A model generated the notes under the pieces. It worked only from the letters and a program-made list of their open reading frames with translations. It was not told where the DNA came from and searched no databases. This document shows, in pieces, positions 22,561-35,700 of a DNA stretch of 64,000 nt. The first letter of the stretch is position 1. The number at the start of each line of letters is the position of its first letter. The DNA is from Gracilinanus agilis (lineage: Eukaryota), in the NCBI RefSeq assembly GCF_016433145.1, contig NC_058130.1:689082349-689146348 (forward strand), in the 5' to 3' direction. Position numbers and translations under genes: made by a program.

Positions 22561-25500
22561 TTCTGCTTACTATACTATCTAGAATATAATAAGTCCATAA
22601 TAAATGTTTGAATTAATTGACCAAATTCTTACCAAGAGAAAAAGTGTTGTCTGGGAAATGGCATATATGGATTCACCTTTGATCTCTTGTCATTTATCAA
22701 CCTCTGCCTCTGGGCACCTTCTAGGGACTTTGGGTTGAGAATTGGAGAGGCCCTAAAGATCACCAAGTCCAATCATTTAACCACCTGGATGACATTGTTA
22801 TGGTGAAGATGGTACTTTGTTTCAGATGGTATTAGAAGTGATTTTTGAAGGATATTCAGGATTCCAAAAGATAATAGGATCACTGATTCAGAGATGAAAA
22901 AAAAATCTTTCTTTACAGTGAAGGAAAATTGAGGCACAATAAAGGACTTTCAAAGTGTCGTATTAATATTAAGTATTATCTCTGATTTGGAAGAGAACTG
23001 AGAAATGGACCGGTCCCTGCCTGAAGCATGAATTCCCCTTTCAACATCCCAACATAACAAGTGATAGAAATGTTGGAGAAACTTCTTATACACCTGATGA
23101 ATTTGAATGCTGCCACGAGGGAATTCAGAACCCTGGGATGTGTCCTTTTTTTCATGTGAACCATCAAAGCTGTAGCCTGAAAGGTAAGGGCCTTGATAAG
23201 GAACCATTCATGGATTCCCTTTCAGGATATATGCATGCCTCTGACCTTCAGATCTGTGCCTCTGTTCTTATCAAGGCAACCAGGCAAAGCTGAGGTTTAG
23301 CTCTCTTCCATTCTTCCCTTACAGTGGCAGTCTCCAGCAAAATTCTTGCTCTGTAACATCCAGCCGAGCCCTTCTGGGCTATTGGCAGTTAGAATTTGTG
23401 ACAGCAATAAATGTGGGTCCCTCTTCCACTGAGATTACTTCCCTCTGGGATAGCTGTGAACCCTAGTTGAAAACAGATCCGGTGGTCTGAAGGGCATTGC
23501 TGTTCCCAAACCTCTCAGGAGTTCAGAATTTTTGGTATCTCCATCAGGGTCTCAGAGAAAGTTGTGGTTGGGGTGGAGAGGGTTCTTAGACATTTCTGGG
23601 TCTTGCCACCTCTTGTCTCCCCCTCAAGGCATCTTTCCACTTCATTGGGCTAGTTTGCTTACCCCATGAGCATCTGTCAGTTAGTAGATGGTGAGGATAT
23701 CCAGGCCAGTCTCCATGGTAATTGCTTCTCTGATGATCTGCATAACTTTATGCTCAAAACAACACATTCATATTATGTTTGAGGTTTATAAAGAATGTTA
23801 CAAATGAGTTTGATTCCTTATAACAGCCCTCAGCAGGAAGTGCTTCTGAATTTTACAAATGAGGAAACTAAGGCTCTCTGAGATATTGTGATTTGCCCAG
23901 AATCACATACAGAGTAAATCAATCAATCAATTAATCAGTCAACTTTTATTATGTGACTACCATGGGCCAAAAGTCTTACCCAGTGCCTGACACTTAGTGG
24001 GCACTTAATCAATACTTATTGACTGTTAACTAAGATAGATTTAATAACCAGGCCTTCCTAAATTTAATTTCAGTGCTCTATCCAATATACCACCCCTTAG
24101 ATCAAGAGTCCTCGAGAGATTTAAAATGTCCCAAGTCTTAACTCTGAGTTAATGGCAGAATGAGAATTTGAACCTGTTTCAAGTACTTAATTTTTTTTGA
24201 CATATATTCAATAATTCACTTGACCATGCTACTAACCCAAGCTGAATACAAGTAAAATGGACATTAGAAGATAATATATGGTAAGGTAGAAAAAGTTACT
24301 AGAAACAGAGAGGACAAAGAAAATACTGTAAGGAAGCACTTAAAAGTGACAGAAAAAAAATAAAATGATCCATATGTCTCAGGGCATTAGAACTAGATAG
24401 GCTTGCTAGATATAATCATATATGCACATGCATACATGTGTGCATATAAGCAATATGTGTAGCTTCTCTTTTTAAGCCAAATTTTTGGAGAACTGTTTTT
24501 TTTTAATAAGGCAGAGATAGTAGAGTGCAAAAATCATAGTACACTAGGAATAATATGTCCTCTCCTTTGATTCCTAAGTACATAATATTGGCTAAATTAT
24601 GTAATGTCAACTGACCTTATTAGGCTCATTTATAAAATATGAACACTAACATTACACAAGCCCAAAGGAAGAAGCTAGGTCAAATGTCTCCAAGCTAGAT
24701 CTTCAAGCTGCAAGATCCGAAGCTAGAAAGTTTAGTTGGAGGCTGGCAAAGATCAGTGAGCTGCAAAAATAGGAGCAGGACCTTCACACTCTGAAATCTT
24801 GTGTTTCTCAACAGTTAGCCTTAGTAAACATCAACTGAAAATCTGTGGTTTCAACAACAGTCAAGCATAAATCTCAGAATCTACATTGTTGATCAGTTAT
24901 CCATTCTATAGCATCAATCACATGTACTGGATCTGAACGATTCTGTCCTGGGCATCAGCTTTGTGTTTGGTGTTATTACTTACTCATATTGTTCTTTATT
25001 TTCCTTAGTTCTCAACTGCTAAGACCATAGTGCATCCCCTTCCTGTTGTTCCCACTCCAGAATTGTTGAGAGACCTCTTCCACACTGACAAATGATGACA
25101 AGGTTGATGATGGGGGTAGTAATGTGGGACGTGCACCAGGGACTGGCATTCCAGAAGGATTCCCCAGATCTGCTCATCCTCTTTATGCCCTATGCCATAT
25201 GTGTCAAACCCCAAACCACACCTCTACCTGAATTTGGTCATGCCCATTTTTCAGGGTTTTCAGGAAAGATGAAGATTTCTCCAGGATAGGAGATGACTAG
25301 CCCCCAGTCCCTAATAAATATGCAAACCTTGGTCCAAACCTGGGGCTTCTACTCCACTACATACTGGGCTATTCCATCAGCAGCAGGGGCTACTCCATCA
25401 CCCAGAGAGCCACTACTCCATCAGCCTAGGGCTATGCAAGTGCTAATCCACTATTCAGGACTACTCTACCAGGTCCAGGGCTATCCTATTAGATGTAAGG

Positions 25501-26259
25501 CTGCTGGTAGCTGGAGAATTGTTCTGCCCCAGAGAGGCTCTCTACTAGCTCCTAGACTAATCCACTACTTATTAGGCTATCATACCATTATTTTCTGACT
25601 TCTGGATTAAACTGAGTTTGTGTCTCTTCTTCTTGGGGTGAGACCCTACTATAAACTTAGGTATGTTTCTCCCAAAATAGTTTGACAAACTTATATGAGT
25701 GAAAAAATTCATAACTACCACAAATACTGTGTTCAAAGTTCATTTCAGTCTTTGCTTCCAGTGAGTTATACTGGAATTCCAATTTGCTGAACTCTTAGAG
25801 CATATAACATACTTTCTCTACCACATAATTTGAAAAAAAAATAATGGAAACAAAACTACATGAAGACCCTTGAACTAGGGCACAGGAAGCTTCACCAACT
25901 AATTTTGTTAATTTAGACAAGTCACTGGATAATTTTGAGTCTCCTATTCACCATCTTTAAAATGAGAGCAAAAAATAAAGACTATATCTGTCTCAGGATT
26001 GTTACAAGGAACAAATGAAATAGTCTGTTCACTAATACTTTGTAAATTACTCCCATTGAGGGGTAGGGAAAGAATAGAAAGAAGGAAATAGATGAAGTAT
26101 ACATGAAAAATCAATGAAAAGATGAATGATATAAAATCCTAAGTTACTATACAAATAAGTTATATTAATTCATTTATAATCCAACCTATTATAAAACCAG
26201 ATACTTGCTAAATATTGAAAGGATGAATGAAGAGTCAACCAACAATTTTAATAATTTTA

Positions 26260-27180
26260 ATAATTGCTTAATAGCACCTACTATGTATCAGATATGTACC
26301 AATTACTAAGAATACAATTTTAATAAAAGTCATAAAAGGGGGCAGCTGGGTAGCTCAGTAGATTGAGAGTCAGGCCTAGAGACGGGAGGTCCTAGGTTCA
26401 AATCCTGCTTCAGACACTTCCCAGCTGTGTGACCCTGGGCAAGTCACTTAACCCCCATTGCCCACCCTTACCACTCTTCCACCTAGGTGCCAAAACACAG
26501 AAGTTAAGGGTTTTTAAAAAAGGCATAAAAATAGTCCCTGATATCAATGATTTCACAATGAAGAAAATAAAGGAAATAATATGTAGACACTTAGGTATAA
26601 ATATGATTTATAAAGGAAAAACTTGGGAAAAGATATAGAGGGAATACACTAAGATTAAGGAGGACTAAGAAAAGCTTCTTTAGGAGAATTTACTTTACCT
26701 GAGATTTGAAGGAATTTAGGAAAGCCAGAAAGCAGGTCTTAGGAGGGAGAATGCCAAAATCAGAAGGAGGAATCAGTATATATAAGGAAGAACAAGAAGG
26801 ACAATGTCATTTGATCACAGAATATATAGAAAGAGTACCATATAAGAAAATCGGGAAGGCAGGAAGGGGATAGGTTATAAAAAGGCTTAAAAATGAACAA
26901 GAAGATCTTATGTTTAATCCTGGAGTTAATAGGGAACCAAAAAAATTGTTGAATTGTAGGATAATATAGATAGAATTACATTATTTGAGAGTTGAGTGGA
27001 GGATGGGAAGACAGATGAGGAGGGGAGACTAATCCAGCAGACCAATGCAATAATCTAGGTATGACATAGTAAGAGACTGTAGTAGCCTACATTGTTGCTG
27101 TGTAAGAGGAGAAGAGGGGTAATAAAAAAGAGATGTTATGAAGGTAGAAAATCATTCTTGATAGTGATTGGACATGGGAT
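26260..27180 (-). mobile_element. L2 LINE fragment interrupted by a SINE1
   Basis: Antisense L2 tail (gcacctactatgtatcag) and purine-rich L2 body. Confidence 0.6.
26338..26517 (+). mobile_element. SINE1_Mdo-type SINE
   Basis: gggggcagctgggtagctcagtagattgagagtcaggcctagagacgggagg...; 13-bp TSD aaaagtcataaaa / aaaaggcataaaa (1 mismatch). Confidence 0.92.
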
Positions 27181-27604
27181 AATGGACAGGGAAAGATTAG
27201 GATTGGACAAGTAGATTTAAGATTTACTAGACATTGAATGAATGATTACAATAAAGTCAAATTAATGAATATTTGCATTTTGAAGTCTAAACATATAGCA
27301 TAAGCATCCTTAAGATAAACAAACATAAAAAAACCAGCCCTTCACTGGCAAATTATTGCCTTGAAGGGCAAAGATGACAAATATGCACCAAAAAAGTCAG
27401 CAAATCCTCAGCCTAGAATTGAAAGCCCTCTACAAATTAATTCCCATCAACTTTTCCATATTAATTGTATACTAATAATTCAATCAATCAATCAACAAGC
27501 ATTTACTAAACACTTTGGGTCAGGCATTTTGTTAAGCTTTGGGTGTACAAATGTGACACTGTAGCAAAACTAAAGATTAGAAAGGATAGAGGCATTTAAA
27601 AAAA

Positions 27605-28610
27605 TGTAAAGGGGACAATGAACTTGCTCCATGCTAACACCTGCCACTATTCCTTTGTCCTCAGTCACTAATCTACATAAACCCCAACAAGACTGGGAAA
27701 TATAACTTGCCTGACACCATAAATAAGAGTGGAGTCCCTCACTAAGATGCAAATCAGTAAGAATTATTGAAAAAGAGAGACTGGACCTATCCCGATGCTT
27801 TCCTAGAGATGAAGAACCTTCGTGCCAAGGCCTTAAGTACTGGTATCAAAGAAGAGAGGCTTTAGCTTAAAGATTTAGCTAAAGATTGCTGTCTTTAGTG
27901 AATTCTAAAGATAAATAGAAAACTATATCACTCCAGCCAAAAACCCGCACATTGTCTGGAAGTTATGGAGGCTATAGCTACTCAACAAAAAATAATTGCA
28001 CAAAATCCAGCAGATTAACTCAGAGAGATGCTCTATCTTGGGAAAAATCCAGCAGTTTCTAGTCTAGGCTCCTTGGCAACGAGGTAACCTTCCAAGTTTG
28101 AGTCCTGCAATAACTGCAGGTTGAATGCCCTGTATGACCCAGGCCAGCTGCAAAAGACTCATAGTTCAGTGACCTGTCCGGAGCTGACCAGTTCCAGCTG
28201 AGCCCAATGAAGAACCAGCTCTACAGGAGAATGAACTGCTTGTCTAGCCCAGCAGTAGATAGACTCATCCAGTCCAGATGTCACATCCTCTGTGGAACAA
28301 AAGCCACTGGTTCATCTGTCTAAAGGAAATACCATGCATTAGGATGAGCCAACTCGATCTGGTAGTCCACCAAATCTCTAAAACTGAAACTCTGCCCTAC
28401 AGTGGATGTCAAACACATTAAGGCCATGTTGTCAAGAAGAGTGAGTTGCCTTAGCCACATATACTCCCTACACGTCTGCCTCCCTGTCATTGTAAGTTCA
28501 TCAAGTTGATTAATTAAAGCTAAATCCATTTTCATTCTTTGTCTGTGGACTCTGTGTGTCTTTGTGGGAGGATATGTTTGAGGTTTTAAAAAGAAATTCT
28601 TTGTTACTAC
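27605..28610 (+). mobile_element. Possible LTR element
   Basis: TGTAA start, GC-richer non-coding body, AATTAAA near 28520 followed by a GT-rich tract; 3' end and TSD not resolved. Confidence 0.35.
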
Positions 28611-28984
28611 TATGTTGACTATGCCACTTGATTAAATGCCTTTTCTAAGAACTTGAAGGAAATGGGGGACTCTAAGAGGCAGATGTGAATAGGAAAATAT
28701 TTTTAGGACTGAAGGAGAGTCAATGGGCAGAGAAGGACATTAGACATGGAAGCACTGTGAATTGGGAGAAGTGAGCAGGCTAGACAATAGAGTGTGAAGA
28801 GAAAGCATAGGCATAGGAAGACAGGAAAGAAGGAAGAGGTCAGATTTGGAAGAGTAAAAAATACAGGGAGCAGAACTTGGACTTAGAGGTAATCTGAGGA
28901 TAAGGTTTATGGGTGTTCAGGGTGGACTAGCACTTCTGGGGTGAGGATTTGCTAAGCTCTTTTCAGGGCTGCTCTTCCATTTTT

Positions 28985-29420
28985 GATGTCCACATAATCC
29001 TCAACTCTCATCTGTGGCTCCAACAAGCTGTAGTATTCTGCAGTGCCCACACTCTGGGAAAAAAAAAAAAACAAAAACATCTCAGTAGAAGGATCAAATC
29101 AGGTGGAGGGCAACCAACATGCCTCAAACCCATAGGCAAATTAGGGAATGTCTGCTCCAAGGATGCGAAGACGTCCACCAGTGGAAAGGACAAATGGCAA
29201 ACATTTCTTTCCAATAGCCAGGAAGGTAGATGAAACTGAGAGCTTGGTCAGATATTGTAGACATCAAGGTTAGCCACTGCATCCTGGGAAATTGCCAGTT
29301 TTGTCTTGCCACTGGACTTTGATAACTCTGGAAGAATGTGAAAGTGATGATTCTGTGCAACTCTGCCTCACTTAAATCCAATTCGCACACAAGTCAAGAC
29401 ATCACTCATGAGGCTATGAG
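28985..29420 (+). mobile_element. RTE-tailed marsupial SINE (WALLSI/Mar4/RTESINE type)
   Basis: caactctcatctgtggctccaacaagctgtag...agagcttggtcagata...gtcttgccactggactttgat...tgcaactctgcctcacttaaatccaattc...aagtcaagacatcac, matching recalled family sequence; exact family name uncertain. Confidence 0.65.
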
Positions 29421-29893
29421 TCCTTTTCCAGGATAAACATTAATAATCTGGGACTACTAGTTCTGAGTAATGTGTATCTGGGGAGGGGCATGCAATAACG
29501 GGTGACATGCTTCAGGAAAGAAAATCACTTTGACAATGTTGTGATGGTCAGATCACAGGGACACAATACAGACTTGAGTCAAGGAAAACAACTGAGAGAC
29601 TCCTATAATCATCTGGGCAGAGATGATGAGATTCTGAAGTAGAATAGCACTGTGGAACTAAAGAAAAGGAAGCATATCAGAGAGATGTTATGTAGAAAGA
29701 AACAGCAAGATTTGGCAGCTACTCATCTTTACTTATTCTTTGTTCCAATTAAACTAACCTGATAGTCATTTCCCATACTGCAATCTCTCATGCTTTCCTT
29801 CATCTAAGAAAGATACCATAGCACCAATATTTAGAATATACTCCTTCACCTCTAACTTCTGAAATCCTTAGCTTCCATTAAGACACAGGTAAG

Positions 29894-31600
29894 AATAGAA
29901 GGGTGGATCAATGGGATAGACAAGGGGTACATGACCTCAGCCATCTAGTGTTTAATAAACCCAAAGATCCTATCTTTTTGGATAAGAAGCTACAATTTGA
30001 AAAAAACTGCTGGGAAAATTGGAAAACACCATGACAAAAATTAGGTTTAGATCAGTGATTCCCAAAGTGGGTGCTACTGCCTCCTGGTGGGTGCTGCAAT
30101 GATCCAGGGTGGTGGTGATCGCCACAGGTGCATTTATCTTTCCTATTAACTGCTATTTAAATTTTAAAAATTAATTTCCAGGGGGCTAAATAATATTTTT
30201 TTGGAAAGGGGGTGGTAGGCCAAAAAAGTTTGGGAACCACTGCTTTAGATCAATATCTCACACCCTATATCAAAATAAAGTCAAAATGGGAATATTATTT
30301 ACACATAAAAAGTGATATTATAAGTAAATTTGGGGAACATAGAATAGTTTAAATGTCAGACCTATGGAGAAAGGAAGAATCTATGAGTAGACAGAGATAT
30401 TACAAGATGCAAAATGAATACTTTTTATTATATTAAATTTAGAAAATTTTTGTTCAAATAAAACCAATGCAACCAAGATTAAGAGAGGAACTAGGAAAAA
30501 TATTTTTATAACAAATTTCTCTGATAAAGATCTTATTTCTCAAATATATAAAGAACTAAGTCAAATTCATAAGAATACAAATCATTCCCCAATTGATAAA
30601 TTTTCAAAGGATATGAATAATATGAATAAGCAGATTTCAAATAAAGAAAACAAAGCTATCATGTAATCGTATAAAAAAATGCTCTAAATCCCTGTCAATT
30701 AGAGAAATGCAAATTAAAATAACTCTAAGGTGCCACCTCATACCTAACAGATTGACCAATATGACAGTAAAGGAAAATGATAAATGTTGGAGGCAATGTG
30801 GCAAAATTGGGACACTGATGCAATGCTGGTTGAGTTATGAACTGAGCCAACTATTCTGGAGGTCAATTTGGAATTATGCCCAAAGGGCCATAAAACAATG
30901 TATGTGTATACTTTGATCCAGTAATTCCACTGGTGGGTCTATATGCAAAGAGATAAAAAATGTGAAAGGGTATATTTGTACAAAAATATTCATAGCTGCT
31001 CTTTTTGTGGTGGCAAATGATTGGAAACTAAAGGGATGTCCCTCAACTGGGGAATGGCTTGACAAATTGTGGTGAATGATGGTGATGGAATGCTATTGTG
31101 TTATAAGAAATGATGAACAGGATGATTTCAGAAAGAGCTGGAAAGACCTTCATTTGCTGGTGCATAGTGAAATAAGCAGAACCAGGAGATCATTATACAC
31201 AGCAAATTCAATATTATGGAATGATAAAATGTGTTAGACTTTGCTATTAACAACAATACAATGATCCAGGACAATATTGAAGATTTATGAAAAATAATGC
31301 TATCTATCTTCCAGGGAAAGAACTGTTGGATTAGAAATGTTACTGAAAATATACGATTTATCACTTGTTTATTTGTGTGTATGTTTTAGGGTTTTGATTC
31401 TATAAGACTATTTGCTTATGGAAATGAATAATATGGAAATATGTTTCATGTGATAACATGTGTATAACCGAAATTGAATTGCCTGTCACCTTTGCTAGGG
31501 CAGAGGGAAGAAGGGAAGGAGACAATATGGATCATATGACTGGAAAACTCATGTGAAAATTTGTTATTAAAATAAAAAAAAAAGGTATAGAAAGAAAAAA
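29894..31600 (+). mobile_element. 5'-truncated L1 (ORF2 3' part, 3'UTR, poly-A) carrying a nested hAT MITE
   Basis: ORF2 C-terminal peptide KENDKCWRQCGKIGTLMQCW; A-rich tail at about 31570-31600; 14-bp TSD aagacacaggtaag / aagacacagataag (29880-29893, 31601-31614). Confidence 0.9.
30053..30242. mobile_element. hAT (Charlie-type) MITE, 190 bp, nested in L1
   Basis: TIRs cagtgattcccaaag / tttgggaaccactg; 8-bp TSD gtttagat / ctttagat (7/8). Confidence 0.92.
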
Positions 31601-32728
31601 AAGACACAGATAAGATGGCTTTTAAGGATGTATAAAGTTTTTAAGGATCGCTCAAGTTTTGAAGTTTAAGTTTTCACTCTCTTTAAATTATTTCACCTTA
31701 TTATGTTTCTGTTTGTATTTACTTACTTTTATAAATGTTGCACCCCCATCTGCATTCTAAGCTACTTAAGAGACTGAACATTTTTTTCTTTATTCATGTT
31801 CTCAGATTCAATATAGTACCTTGCATATAATGAGTACTTCATAAACTTTGGTTAAATTAGACTGAATTGAATAGAGGCATATTAAATGAAGAAGTGACTA
31901 GAAAGCATAAAGCCTGTAGCAAATATAAAGTAGTATTATTGTCACCTAAATCTTTAATTACAAAAACCTTGCATAGTTTTTTCCTAGTCCCATCCCAGTT
32001 AGATCTAAAGGCAAAAACAATGATTTCTATTTTATTCCATACAGTGTTTCACCCAGGCAAGTTTACACAATCATGGGATCATGGTGGTTGGGAGCTGGGG
32101 ATAGAGTGGGAATGGGGTGTGAGAGCACAAGAGGTCTTAACTCTTTGGCAACACATTTCTAAATTCACTCGATTATATGTTGCTTTGTCACAGATGATAA
32201 TGGGCCTCTCATTTAGATATACTATAGGGGTTACAGAGTATTTTTATTTCCATTATTTTGTCATTCAAACATCAAGGTAAGAATCATGATCCAGAGAATG
32301 AAAGATAATCTACTACAGCCTTTTATCTTTTATTACTTCATCTTCTCCATGTTGGCCTCCTGACTGGATTTTCTGAGCCATGCCACAAATAAATGTTTAT
32401 CTTGGAAGTTCAGCCTACCCTGGACTTCTCATATTGGAAGTATCCTCCTCTCCTATCGCTTCTTCCTCTCATTATTCAGTTGCTCCAAGAACCTCTATAT
32501 TTTATGGAAAAATGTCCAGGTCAGACAAGTCTTCATTCATTTTCAGGGTACACTCCTAAATCCCTGGACTTCCTCTACCATGCCCTCATCAGGATATCTC
32601 CCTTCACCTTTATAAGCTTACTTTTAAAATGTGTTGTCTTCTCCACTTACAATGTAAATTCCCTGAGGGCAGAAATTATCTCTTTTTTCCTGTACTTATA
32701 TTTATATTCCCAGAGTTTAGCATAATGC

Positions 32729-35700
32729 CTTTTTCTTTAAATTTAAATATTTTATTTTTAGAAAAATTTTCCATGGTTACATGATTCTTGTTTTTACCTT
32801 CCCCTTCATGACCACCCCCATAAGCAACTCACATTTCCACTGGTTTTAACATGTGTGATCAATCAAGACTTATTTACATATTATTGATAGTTGCATTGGT
32901 GTGGTCATTTCGAGTCCACATCCCCAACCATGTCCACATCAAACCATGTGTCCAAGCAGTTGTTTTTCTTCAGTGTTTCCTCTCCTGTAGTTCTTCCTCT
33001 GAATGTGGGTAGCATTCTTTACCATAAATCTCTCAGAATTGTCCTGGGTCATTGCATGGCTGCCAGTACAGAAGTCCATTGCATCCAATTTTACTACAGT
33101 GTATCAGTCTCGGTGTACAATGTTCTTCTGGCTCTGCTCCTTTCACTCTGCATCAATTCCTGGAGGTCTTTCCAGTTCTCATGGAATTCCTCCAGTTTAT
33201 TATTCCTTTGAGCACAATAGTATTCCATCAACATCATATACCACAATTTGTTCAGTCATTCCCCAAATGAAGAGCATACCCTCTTTATCCAGTTTTTTGC
33301 CACTACAAAAAGCACGGCTATAAATATTTTCGTACAAGTCTGTTTATCTATGATCTCTTTGGGGTACAAACCCAGCAATGCTATAGCTGGATCTAACGCA
33401 AGGCAATATTTTAGAGATCTTTGAGCATAGTTCCAAATTGCCATCCAGAATGGTAGGATCAGTTCACAACTCCACCAGCAGTGCATTAAAATCCCAATTT
33501 TGCCACATCCCCCCTCCCCCAACATTTATTACTCTCCCCAGCTATCATTTTAGCGGATCTGCTAGATGTGAGGTGATACCTCAGAGTTGTTTTGATTTGC
33601 ATTTATGTAATTATTAGAGATTTAAAACACTTTCTCATGTGCTTATTGATAGTTTTGATTTCTTTATCCTAAAATTGCCTATTCATGTCCCTTGCCCATT
33701 TATCAAATGGGGATCGGCTTGATTTTTTATACAATTGATTTAGCTCCTTGTATATTTGAGTAATTAGACCTCTGTCAGAGGTTTTTATTATAAAGAATTC
33801 TTCCTAGCTTTTTGTTTCCCTTCTGTTTTTGGTTGCATTGTTTTTGTTTGTACAAAAATTTTTTAATTAAATATAACCAAAATTATTGATTTTGCATTTT
33901 GTAATTTTTTCTAACTCTTGCTTGGTTTTAAAATTTTCTCTTTCCCAGAGATATGACAAGTGTACTAGTCTATGTTCACCTAATTTTCTTATAGTTTCCT
34001 TCTTTATATTCAAGTCATTCACCCATTCTGAATTTACCTTGGTGTAGGGTGTGAGATGTTGATCTAACCCCAATCTCTCCCATATTGTTTTCCAATTTTC
34101 CCAACAGTTTTTGTCAAATAGTGGATTATTGTCCCAAAAGTTGGGTACTTTGAGTTTATTATACACTGTCTTGCTGATGCCACTTAACCCAAGTCTATTC
34201 CACTGATCCTCCCTTCTGTCTCTTAGCCAGTACAATACTGTTTTGATGACTGCTGCTTTGTAGTATAGTTTAATATCTGGTACTCTTAGGCCACCTTCCT
34301 TCACATTTTTTTTTCATTATTTTCCTTGATATTCTTGATCTTTTGTTCTTCCAAATGAACTTTGTTATGGTTTTTTCTAATTCAGTAAAAAAGTTTTTTG
34401 GTAGTTTGATAGGCATGGCACTAAATAGGTAAATTAATTTGGGTAGAGTGGTCATTTTTATTATGTTATCTTGTCCTACCCATGAGCAATCAATGGTTTT
34501 CCAATTGTTTAGATCTAGTTTTAATTGTTTGGAAAGTGTTTTGTAGTTGTGTTCATATAATTCCTAGGTTTGTTTTGGTAGATAGATTCCTAAGTATCTT
34601 ATGTTGTCTAGGGTGATTTTAAATGGTGTTTCTCTTTCTACCTCTTGCTGCTGTGATGTGTTGGAAAAATATAGAAATGCTGATGATTTATGTGCATTTA
34701 TTTTGTATCCTGCAACTTTGCTAAAGTTGTTGATTATTTCTATTAGATTTTTAGTTGATTGTTTAGGATTTTTTAAGTACCATCATATCATCTGCAAAGA
34801 GTGATAACTTAGTCTCCTCATTGCCTATTTTAATACCTTTAATTTCTTTTTCTTCTCTAATGTCTACTGCTAGTGTTTCTAGTACAATGTTAAATAATAG
34901 AGGTGATAGTGGCCATCCTTGTTTCATGCCTGATCTTATTGGGAAGGCTTCTAAATTATCCCCATTGCATATGATGCTTGTTAATGATTTTAGATATATA
35001 CTGTTTATTATTTTTAGGAAAGGTCCTTCTATTCCTATACTTTCTAGTGTTTTCAATAGGAATGGATGTTGTATTTTGTCAAAGGCTATTTCAGCATCTG
35101 TTGAGATAATCATGTGTTTTTTGTTGGTTTGCTTTTTGATATGGTCAATTATATCAATGATTTTCCTAATGTTGAAATATCCTTGCATTCCTGGTATACA
35201 TTCCACCTGATCATGATGGATAACCCTCTTGATCATGTGCTAGAGTCTTTTTGCTTGTATTCTATTTAAGATTTGTGCATCTATGTTCATTAAGGAGATT
35301 GGTCTGTAGTTTTCTTTCTCTGTTTTTGATCTACCTGGCTTTGTGATCAGTACCATATTTGTATCATAAAAGGAATTTGGTAGAACTCCTTCTTTGCTTA
35401 TTATGTCAAATAGTTTATATAGTTTTGGAATTAGTTGTTCGTTGAAGGTTTGATAGAATTCACTTGTGAATCGATCTGGTCCTGGGGATTTTTTCTTAGG
35501 GAGTTCTTTGATGGCTTATTCAATTTCTTTTTCTGATATGGGATTATTTAAGTATTCTATTTCTTCTACTGTTAATTTGGCAATTTATATTTTTGTAAAT
35601 ATTCATCCATCTCACCTAGATTGCTATATTTATTGCCATATAATTGGACAAAATAGTTTTTAATGATTGCCTTGATTTCCTCTTCTTTAGAGGTGATGTC

